Shown here piece after piece: positions 53,903-64,000 of a stretch of 64,000 nucleotides of DNA. Position 1 is the first letter of the stretch. Each line of letters begins with the position of its first letter. The stretch lies in the NCBI GenBank assembly GCA_032718475.1, contig JAUCBJ010008278.1:13376-77375 (forward strand). Direction: 5' to 3'. This DNA comes from Nemertoderma westbladi (Eukaryota > Animalia > Xenacoelomorpha). Both the position numbers and the translations under genes were made by a program. The notes under the pieces are model-generated. The model saw nothing but the letters and a program-made list of their open reading frames with translations, had not been told where the DNA came from and searched no databases.

Positions 53903-55703
53903 TCTGAGTCGACTCCCCGTGCTGCTCGAAGGGCGCAAATACATATATCGAAGGGTCAAAGCAAAACTCACGTGCTGCTCGAAGGGACAAAGTCAAACAA
54001 TGTGTCTATTATTTGATGTAATTCACGTGCTGCTCGAAGGGCGCAAATACATATATCGAAGGGTCAAAGCAAAACTCACGTGCTGCTCGAAGGGACAAAG
54101 TCAAACATTGTGTCTATTATTTGATTATCTCACGTGCTGCTAGAAGGGCGCAACTACATATCGAAACAAGCCCCTGTCTTGTATTTTAATTATATCAGAA
54201 TTCCTTGCCTTCAGTACAAATATCTAAAAATTCATTCACCTGAAGTATGGGTAACATTATAAATTCGTTTTTCGCACAGTAGAGTTAACTAAGCAAATAC
54301 CCTCGGTCCAGGTTGACTGAATGATTTTATTAATGTTTGCCATGCATAATGTACTATATTTGGGTCCCATGACCCACCCCATTGAACAGCTTTGCTTACA
54401 TCTGATAGAAAGTAATCCCAAATTAACTTCCCTCTACGAAAATTATTTTAATTAAATACATACAACATAGCAGTCTACTCTGCAATCAACAGTACACAAT
54501 AACTAAAATGGCATTCAGCTTACCAGCTATTCGCATTAAGCTAATAGATATACGATTTCATTCGATTCAGTGAGTGTGTGAGGGCTATTGGGAGAGCAAT
54601 CAGCTTATGATGTAATACATTAGAATCCCACAGCTTTTGTTTGCTTACTGTCTGAGTTGTAGAGTGAGGATAATACTTGGCAGAGAAAGCATTTCCTTGT
54701 TAGGTGGCCATTCCTATAGAATAGCATTACTAGGCTTTCTCTATCCATTTTTCATGAGTGCCAGCTGGTGTTTTTATCATTGCGCCTATGGCGTTTTTTC
54801 GTTTATGTCTATTTTTCGAGCCCACGGCTCATGGACGAAATAGCGGAACATACCAGGGACCTTAGAATAAAACAATTATTATTATAAATACAGTGCAATC
54901 CAATAGTACCCAACACACTGTGTAACTAACAGTCAATCAGCTTACACGTCAATTAACATAGAAGAGAGAGTAACCTTGTAGATCGCCATAGAAAGCATTG
55001 GGAAGAGTTATTCAGCTGAGGCTGTAATAGCCGGCTAACCCAGTGAATGATTATAAAGTTGGCACTGTATGTACTTCCTTGTTAGGTGGCTCCCTATAGA
55101 ATAGCAAACCAACCAGTTGATGTTTGTTTGCACAGAGTGGTTGGTAGGGCCTAAACAAACAGTATGGGTGTACTGAGTATAATACTCTTGGCAACCTCAT
55201 CTATTTAATACTAAGCCTTGTGTAGAATTGCATTACATAAGTCATTTTTCATCAGGACACCAGCTGTCACGGGTGTTATTTTACCATTGCGCCTATGGCG
55301 TTTTTTTCGTTTATCTCTATTTTTCGAGCCCAGAGGCTATGGACGGAGTAGCCGATCATGCCAGGGACCTTAGAATCGCGGTATCTAGATGCTGTGAAAA
55401 TTTCATCAAAATCGTTAGAGTAGTTTTGGCTGTAGATCAGCCAGCCAGCCAGCCAGCCAGTCAGCCAGCCAGCCAGCCAGTCAGTCAGTCAACAATTCTT
55501 ACAGTAATCAAGTCTAACGACTTGCTAACTAGTGACGGCGTCAAGACGCCGTTAAGCAAGTCGGAAGTCGTCAATCAAAGGTAAGTTCCCTCAACAATGT
55601 TTACCTTTGTTCAGAAGGGAAGTGTTATTTATCTATGGTCAGAGAGAGATCCCACTCTGTAATTTGGCAATTGCTCAAATCCATTCAGCTGAATGACTCA
55701 GTA

Positions 55704-58700
55704 GAGTAAACTAAAGTAAATTCCCTATACAATGTTCTGAAGGGGAGACTGACAGAGAGTTCAACAATAAAACATTTTGCAATAATGTTGACATTAATGT
55801 AGCCAACTCACTGTGTACTTAAGTCATTCAGCTTACATTAGCAGAGGGAGATATTCCCATAGAGTGCGCATTGGGAAGAGTAATTCAGCTGAGGCAATAA
55901 TAGATTTCAAACTAAACCAACCAGTTAATATTTGCTTTGACAGAGTGTCCTAGGGCCTAAACAAACAGTATTGGTGTACTAAGTGAATAATCTTGGCAAC
56001 CTCATCGATTTATACTAAGCCTTGTGTAGAAATCCATTACGTAAGCCATTTTTCATCACGACACCAGCTGTTATTGGTGATATTTTACCATTGCGCCTAT
56101 GGCGTTTTTTCGTTTATGTCTATTTTTCGAGCCCACGGCTCATGGACGAAATAGCGGAACATACCAGAGACCTTAGAATCGCGGTATCCAGCCGCTGTGA
56201 AAATTTCATCAAAATCGTTAGAGTAGTTTTGGCTATAGATTAGCCAGCCAGTCAGCCAGCCAGTCAGCCAGTCAGCTAACAATTCTTACAGTGATGAACC
56301 TCTCGGTTCCTAACTAGTGACGGGCCTAGCGGCCCGATAAGGAACCGACTTTTTATTTTAAATAAAAGAGACAACGAGAATTAGTATAGAACTAATAATT
56401 ATGTAAAAATACAATCATATTTCATACAATAATTATTAATAAATTCGATCTATTATTAGTTGCTCAATTCTAGAACAAAATCGACCTGCAACTAGTGAAG
56501 ACCTCGTTTTGGAATTTCGAAACCACGCTGGTGCGATGCGCGATATCGTGTTTAGTTAATAAATTGAAAACTCCATCAATTCATGTGCAACCAGTAATAT
56601 GAAATCGCGATAAATGTAATTAAATAAAAATTATTCTAGAAAAATTTTCCTCAAAAAGTATGAAGTCTTGGCATTGGTGACGCGAAACTAGGCAAGTGAA
56701 ATTCAGGATATTGCGTTCATTATAAAAATCGAAAACGCTATCGAATTCCGTAAAGGCGTTAATAAAATACTGCAACTTTTTTGAAATTTGTAAAATTCTA
56801 GAACTAGAAAAAATTAATTTTTGAACGGCGCTGTTTAGGGTTTCGAAACATGGATAGGCTGAAAGAGGACATCGAATTAAGTTGAAAAATGAAAACCCCA
56901 TCGAATTTGGACAAAGCGTTCCGGAGTTACAGCGGATCGAAAAAAATTGACCCCCCCCCCCAGTCGCCAAAAATTTACAGTAATTTATAATTTTGCAAAA
57001 AAATTTTTTTGCGTTATTTTTGATGGCGAATCGATTGGCAGTACTGGCTAAGAAAAATTTTTTTTTGAAATTTTTGGTCAGAAAAAAAAAATGGAAAAAT
57101 GTATATTTTTAAAAAGATTTGATGTCTTTGCCTATGGTCAGAGAATGATCCAACTCTGTAACTTGGCAATCGCTCAAATCCATTCAGCTGAATGGCACAG
57201 TAGAGTAAACTAAAGTAAATTCCCTATACAATGTTCTGAAGGGGAGACTGACAGAGAGTAATCCAACAATAAAACATTTTGCAATAATGTTGGCATTAAT
57301 GTAGCCAACTCACTGTGTACGTAACAGTCATTCAGCTTACATTAGCAGAGTGAGATATTCGCATATAATGCATTGGGAAGAGTAATTCAGCTGAGGCGAT
57401 AAACTAAACCAACCCGTTAATGTTTGCTTTGACAGAGAGTGGTGGCCTATACAAACAGTGGGTGTACTGAGTATAATAATCTTGGCAACCTCATCGATTT
57501 ATTACTAAGCCTTCTGTAGAAATCCATTACATAAGCCATTTTTCATCAGGACACCAGCTGCTGTCATTGGTGTTATTTTACCATTGCGCCTATGGCGTTT
57601 TTTCGTTTATCTCTATTTTTCGAGCCCAAGGCTCATGGACGAAATAGCGGAACATACCAGGTACCTTAGAATCGCGGTATCCAGCCGCTGTGAAAATTTC
57701 ATCAAAATCGTTAGAGTAGTTTTGGCTATAGATTAGCCAGCCAGTCAGTCAACAATTCTTACAGTAATGAACCTCTCGGTTCCTAACTAGAGACGGCGTC
57801 AAGACGCCGTTAAGCAAGTCGGAAGTCATCAATCAAATATAAATTCCCTCAACAATGTTTACCTATGGTCAGAATGGAAGGGCTATTTACCTATGGTCAG
57901 AGAGAGATCCCACTCTGTAATTTGGCAATTGCTCAAATTCATTCAGTTGAATGGCACAGTAGAGTGAACTAAACTAAATTCCCTCAACAATGTTTGGCTA
58001 TGGTCTGAAAGAACTAACAGTCATTCAGCTTGCACAATGTCAATCACCTACAGTATAAAACATTTAGAATGCCACAGTGTGTATCCTGATACAGATAATA
58101 AGCAGTGATATATATATTTCAAACTATAATGTTAGTGTTAGCCTTACACAGTATCAGTATGAGGCTGAGTAAACATTCCACCTTATAAGCATACTGCCTC
58201 CACAGAATTAATGTTGGCCGAAAGATTTAAAAATAAAACAATTATTATTATAAATACAGTGCAATCCAATAGTACCCAACACACTGTGTAACTAACAGTC
58301 AATCAGCTTACACGTCAATTAACATAGAAGAGAGAGTAACCTTGTAGATCGCCATAGAAAGCATTGGGAAGAGTTATTCAGCTGAGGCTGTAATAGCCGG
58401 CTAACCCAGTGAATGATTATAAAGTTGGCACTGTATGTACTTCCTTGTTAGGTGGCTCCCTATAGAATAGCAAACCAACCAGTTGATGTTTGTTTGCACA
58501 GAGTGGTTGGTAGGGCCTAAACAAACAGTATGGGTGTACTGAGTATAATACTCTTGGCAACCTCATCTATTTAATACTAAGCCTTGTGTAGAATTGCATT
58601 ACATAAGTCATTTTTCATCAGGACACCAGCTGTCACGGGTGTTATTTTACCATTGCGCCTATGGCGTTTTTTTCGTTTATCTCTATTTTTCGAGCCCAGA

Positions 58701-61700
58701 GGCTATGGACGGAGTAGCCGATCATGCCAGGGACCTTAGAATCGCGGTATCTAGATGCTGTGAAAATTTCATCAAAATCGTTAGAGTAGTTTTGGCTGTA
58801 GATCAGCCAGCCAGCCAGCCAGCCAGTCAGCCAGCCAGCCAGCCAGTCAGTCAGTCAACAATTCTTACAGTAATCAAGTCTAACGACTTGCTAACTAGTG
58901 ACGGGCCTAGTGGCCCGATAAGGAACCGACTTTTTATTTTAAATAAAAGAGACAACGAGAATTAGTATAGAACTAATAATTATGTAAAAATACAATCATA
59001 TTTCATACAATAATTATTAATAAATTCGATCTATTATTAGTTGCTCAATTCTAGAACAACTCGTTTTGGAATTTCGAAACCAAGCTGGTGCGATGCGCGA
59101 TATCGTGTTTAGTTAATAAATTGAAAACTCCATCAATTCATGTGCAAGCAGTAATAAGAAATCGCTATAAATGTAATTAAGTAAAAATTATTCTAGAAAA
59201 ATTTTCCTCAAAAAGTATGAAGTCTTGGCATTGGTGACGCGAAACTAGGCTAGTGAGATTCAGGATATTGCGTTTAATATAAAAATCGAAAACGCTATCG
59301 AATTCCGTAAAGGCGTTAATAAAATACTGCAACTTTTTTAAAATTTGTAAAATTCTAGAACTAGAAAAAATCAATTTTTGAACGGCGCTGTTTGGGGTTT
59401 CGAAACATGGTTAGGCTGAAAGAGGACGTCGAATTAAGTTGAAAAATGAAAACCCCATCGAATTTGGACAAAGCGTTCCGGAGTTATAGCGGATCGAAAA
59501 AAATTGACCCCCCCCAGTCGCCAAAAATTTACAGCAATTTAAAATTTTGCAAAAAAATTTTTTTGCGTTATTTTTGATGGCGAATCGATTGGCAGTACTG
59601 GCTACGAAAAAATTTTTTTTGAAATTTTTGGTCAAAAAAAAAACATGGAAAAAGTATATTTTTAAAAAGATTTCATGTCTTTGCCTATGGTCAGAGAATG
59701 ATCCAACTCTGTAACTTGGCAATCGCTCAAATCCATTCAGCTGAATGGCACAGTAGAGTAAACTAAAGTAAATTCCCTATACAATGTTCTGAAGGGGAGA
59801 CTGACAGAGAGTAATCCAACAATAAAACATTTTGCAATAATGTTGGCATTAATGTAGCCAACTCACTGTGTACGTAACAGTCATTCAGCTTACATTAGCA
59901 GAGTGAGATATTCGCATATAATGCATTGGGAAGAGTAATTCAGCTGAGGCGATAAACTAAACCAACCCGTTAATGTTTGCTTTGACAGAGAGTGGTGGCC
60001 TATACAAACAGTGGGTGTACTGAGTATAATAATCTTGGCAACCTCATCGATTTATTACTAAGCCTTCTGTAGAAATCCATTACATAAGCCATTTTTCATC
60101 AGGACACCAGCTGCTGTCATTGGTGTTATTTTACCATTGCGCCTATGGCGTTTTTTCGTTTATCTCTATTTTTCGAGCCCAAGGCTCATGGACGAAATAG
60201 CGGAACATACCAGGTACCTTAGAATCGCGGTATCCAGCCGCTGTGAAAATTTCATCAAAATCGTTAGAGTAGTTTTGGCTATAGATTAGCCAGCCAGTCA
60301 GTCAACAATTCTTACAGTAATGAACCTCTCGGTTCCTAACTAGAGACGGCGTCAAGACGCCGTTAAGCAAGTCGGAAGTCATCAATCAAATATAAATTCC
60401 CTCAACAATGTTTACCTATGGTCAGAATGGAAGGGCTATTTACCTATGGTCAGAGAGAGATCCCACTCTGTAATTTGGCAATTGCTCAAATTCATTCAGT
60501 TGAATGGCACAGTAGAGTGAACTAAACTAAATTCCCTCAACAATGTTTGGCTATGGTCTGAAAGAACTAACAGTCATTCAGCTTGCACAATGTCAATCAC
60601 CTACAGTATAAAACATTTAGAATGCCACAGTGTGTATCCTGATACAGATAATAAGCAGTGATATATATATTTCAAACTATAATGTTAGTGTTAGCCTTAC
60701 ACAGTATCAGTATGAGGCTGAGTAAACATTCCACCTTATAAGCATACTGCCTCCACAGAATTAATGTTGGCCGAAAGATTTAAAAATAAAACAATTATTA
60801 TTATAAATACAGTGCAATCCAATAGTACCCAACACACTGTGTAACTAACAGTCAATCAGCTTACACGTCAATTAACATAGAAGAGAGAGTAACCTTGTAG
60901 ATCGCCATAGAAAGCATTGGGAAGAGTTATTCAGCTGAGGCTGTAATAGCCGGCTAACCCAGTGAATGATTATAAAGTTGGCACTGTATGTACTTCCTTG
61001 TTAGGTGGCTCCCTATAGAATAGCAAACCAACCAGTTGATGTTTGTTTGCACAGAGTGGTTGGTAGGGCCTAAACAAACAGTATGGGTGTACTGAGTATA
61101 ATACTCTTGGCAACCTCATCTATTTAATACTAAGCCTTGTGTAGAATTGCATTACATAAGTCATTTTTCATCAGGACACCAGCTGTCACGGGTGTTATTT
61201 TACCATTGCGCCTATGGCGTTTTTTTCGTTTATCTCTATTTTTCGAGCCCAGAGGCTATGGACGGAGTAGCCGATCATGCCAGGGACCTTAGAATCGCGG
61301 TATCTAGATGCTGTGAAAATTTCATCAAAATCGTTAGAGTAGTTTTGGCTGTAGATCAGCCAGCCAGCCAGCCAGCCAGTCAGCCAGCCAGCCAGCCAGT
61401 CAGTCAGTCAACAATTCTTACAGTAATCAAGTCTAACGACTTGCTAACTAGTGACGGGCCTAGTGGCCCGATAAGGAACCGACTTTTTATTTTAAATAAA
61501 AGAGACAACGAGAATTAGTATAGAACTAATAATTATGTAAAAATACAATCATATTTCATACAATAATTATTAATAAATTCGATCTATTATTAGTTGCTCA
61601 ATTCTAGAACAACTCGTTTTGGAATTTCGAAACCAAGCTGGTGCGATGCGCGATATCGTGTTTAGTTAATAAATTGAAAACTCCATCAATTCATGTGCAA

Positions 61701-64000
61701 GCAGTAATAAGAAATCGCTATAAATGTAATTAAGTAAAAATTATTCTAGAAAAATTTTCCTCAAAAAGTATGAAGTCTTGGCATTGGTGACGCGAAACTA
61801 GGCTAGTGAGATTCAGGATATTGCGTTTAATATAAAAATCGAAAACGCTATCGAATTCCGTAAAGGCGTTAATAAAATACTGCAACTTTTTTAAAATTTG
61901 TAAAATTCTAGAACTAGAAAAAATCAATTTTTGAACGGCGCTGTTTGGGGTTTCGAAACATGGTTAGGCTGAAAGAGGACGTCGAATTAAGTTGAAAAAT
62001 GAAAACCCCATCGAATTTGGACAAAGCGTTCCGGAGTTATAGCGGATCGAAAAAAATTGACCCCCCCCAGTCGCCAAAAATTTACAGCAATTTAAAATTT
62101 TGCAAAAAAATTTTTTTGCGTTATTTTTGATGGCGAATCGATTGGCAGTACTGGCTACGAAAAAATTTTTTTTGAAATTTTTGGTCAAAAAAAAAACATG
62201 GAAAAAGTATATTTTTAAAAAGATTTCATGTCTTTGCCTATGGTCAGAGAATGATCCAACTCTGTAACTTGGCAATCGCTCAAATCCATTCAGCTGAATG
62301 GCACAGTAGAGTAAACTAAATTAAATTCCCTATACAATGTTCTGAAGGGGAGACTGACAGAGAGTAATCCAACAATAAAACGGCATTAATGTAGCCAACA
62401 CACTGTGTACTTAAGTCATTCAGCTTACATTAGCAGAGGGAGATATTCCCATAGAATGCGCATTGGGAAGAGTAATTCAGCTGAGGCAATAATAGATTTC
62501 AAACTAAACCAACCAGTTAATATTTGCTTTGACAGAGTGTCATAGGGCCTAAACAAACAGTATGGGTGTACTAAGTATAATAATCTTGGCAACCTCATCG
62601 ATTTATACTAAGCCTTGTGTAGAAATCCATTACATAAGCCATTTTTCATCACGACACCAGCTGTTATTGGTGATATTTTACCATTGCACCAATGGCGTTT
62701 TTTCGTTTATGTCTATTTTTCGAGCCCATGGCTCATGGACGAAATAGCGGAACATACCAGGGACCTTCGAATCGCGGTATCTAGATGCTGTGAAAATTTC
62801 ATCAAAATCGTTAGAGCAGTTTTGGCTGTAGATCAGTCAGCCAGCCAGTCAGCCAGTCAGCTAACAATTCTTACAGTAATGAACCTCTCGGTTCCTAACT
62901 AGAGACGGCGTCAAGACGCCGTTAAGCAAGTCGGAAGTCATCAATCAAATATAAATTCCCTCAACAATGTTTACCTATGGTCAGAATGGAAGGGCTATTT
63001 ACCTATGGTCAGAGAGAGATCCCACTCTGTAATTTGGCAATTGCTCAAATTCATTCAGTTGAATGGCACAGTAGAGTGAACTAAACTAAATTCCCTCAAC
63101 AATGTTTGGCTATGGTCTGAAAGAACTAACAGTCATTCAGCTTGCACAATGTCAATCACCTACAGTATAAAACATTTAGAATGCCACAGTGTGTATCCTG
63201 ATACAGATAATAAGCAGTGATATATATATTTCAAACTATAATGTTAGTGTTAGCCTTACACAGTATCAGTATGAGGCTGAGTAAACATTCCACCTTATAA
63301 GCATACTGCCTCCACAGAATTAATGTTGGCCGAAAGATTTAAAAATAAAACAATTATTATTATAAATACAGTGCAATCCAATAGTACCCAACACACTGTG
63401 TAACTAACAGTCAATCAGCTTACACGTCAATTAACATAGAAGAGAGAGTAACCTTGTAGATCGCCATAGAAAGCATTGGGAAGAGTTATTCAGCTGAGGC
63501 TGTAATAGCCGGCTAACCCAGTGAATGATTATAAAGTTGGCACTGTATGTACTTCCTTGTTAGGTGGCTCCCTATAGAATAGCAAACCAACCAGTTGATG
63601 TTTGTTTGCACAGAGTGGTTGGTAGGGCCTAAACAAACAGTATGGGTGTACTGAGTACAATAATCTTGGCAACCTCATCGATTTATACTAAGCCTTGTGT
63701 AGAATTGCATTACATAAGCCATTTTCCATCAGAACACCAGCTGTCATGGGTGTTATTTTACCATTGCGCCTATGGCGTTTTTTTCGTTTATCTCTATTTT
63801 TCGAGCCCAGAGGCTATGGACGGAGTAGCCGATCATGCCAGGGACCTTAGAATCGCGGTATCTAGATGCTGTGAAAATTTCATCAAAATCGTTAGAGTAG
63901 TTTTGGCTGTAGATCAGCCAGCCAGCCAGCCAGCCAGTCAGCCAGCCAGCCAGCCAGTCAGTCAGTCAACAATTCTTACAGTAATCAAGTCTAACGACTT
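55704..64000. repeat. Copy of array block ~33841-39580 (offset 21,863) containing an additional 2,553-bp tandem duplication
   Basis: ORF offsets: 34159/56022, 36731/58594, 37548/59411 (21,863); 58594/61147 (2,553); 38146/62562 (24,416 = the sum). Confidence 0.9.

Larger units (their letters stand above)
12948..64000 (-). mobile_element. Head-to-tail array of ~36 non-autonomous Helentron/HINE (DINE-1-like) rolling-circle elements, two terminus families
   Basis: On the minus strand each unit reads: (T)TAG + subTIR with 5' hairpin, (GCTG/ACTG)n microsatellite, core actactctaacgattttgatgaaattttcac, variable interior, inverted subTIR, GC-rich 3' hairpin, CTAG(T). There are 34 CTAG-end termini (20 A, 14 B): 12948A 14422A 15895A 17695B 19190A 20990B 22098A 23595A 25284B 26755B 27862A 29941A 31445B 32954A 34450A 35923B 37031A 38482B 39589B 40696A 42193A 44835A 46441B 47883A 50077B 51081A 52570A 55528B 56313A 57786B 58894A 60339B 61447A 62898B. 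Confidence 0.85.

Noticed and set aside
52977-54143. Long SARLG/AEPSR-repeat ORFs, also at 16-20, 23.7, 28, 42 and 48 kb
   Set aside because: Translation artefacts of (GGCTC)n, which has no stop codon in any frame.
13507-62902. Dozens of recurrent 60-180-aa ORFs (MGVLSTIIL..., MCRNPLHKP..., MGFSFFNLI..., MPSYRVGSF...)
   Set aside because: They recur only because the DNA unit repeats. Copies differ by frameshifting indels and stops, ORFs overlap in several frames and both strands, and no domain is recognisable.
12948-64000. Autonomous Helitron/Helentron Rep-helicase gene, rDNA or histone/tRNA tandem cluster, or integron
   Set aside because: No long ORF, HUH or helicase motifs, rRNA/tRNA signatures, integrase or gene cassettes were seen in any unit.

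Overview
Eukaryotic, probably animal, repeat-rich window with no recognisable host gene. Bases 1-9.1 kb are a nest of transposons. A degraded Ty3/Gypsy pol (RT thumb and RNase H) is split by a 2,957-bp TIR element (CCCGGG ends, 2-bp TSD, CACTA/EnSpm-like). That element carries a 5'-truncated CRE-clade non-LTR fragment. The Gypsy is also interrupted by a BEL/Pao LTR retrotransposon whose gag-protease frame is open from 3485 to the window edge and is missing from the ORF track. Bases 9.1-12.9 kb hold small repeats: a ~150-bp repeat with CTCF-like motifs, a 17-bp minisatellite, a perfect 52-bp inverted repeat and a CCAAT-box repeat. From 12,948 to the end (>51 kb) is a spacer-less head-to-tail array of about 36 non-autonomous Helentron/HINE-like elements. 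They belong to two terminus families (A and B) with swappable internal modules. The array includes one inverted mini-element that defines the element boundaries, (GGCTC)n expansions and higher-order duplications. Almost all ORF-track entries beyond 9 kb are repeat artefacts. Translations, alignments and counts were done by eye; no database searches were run.
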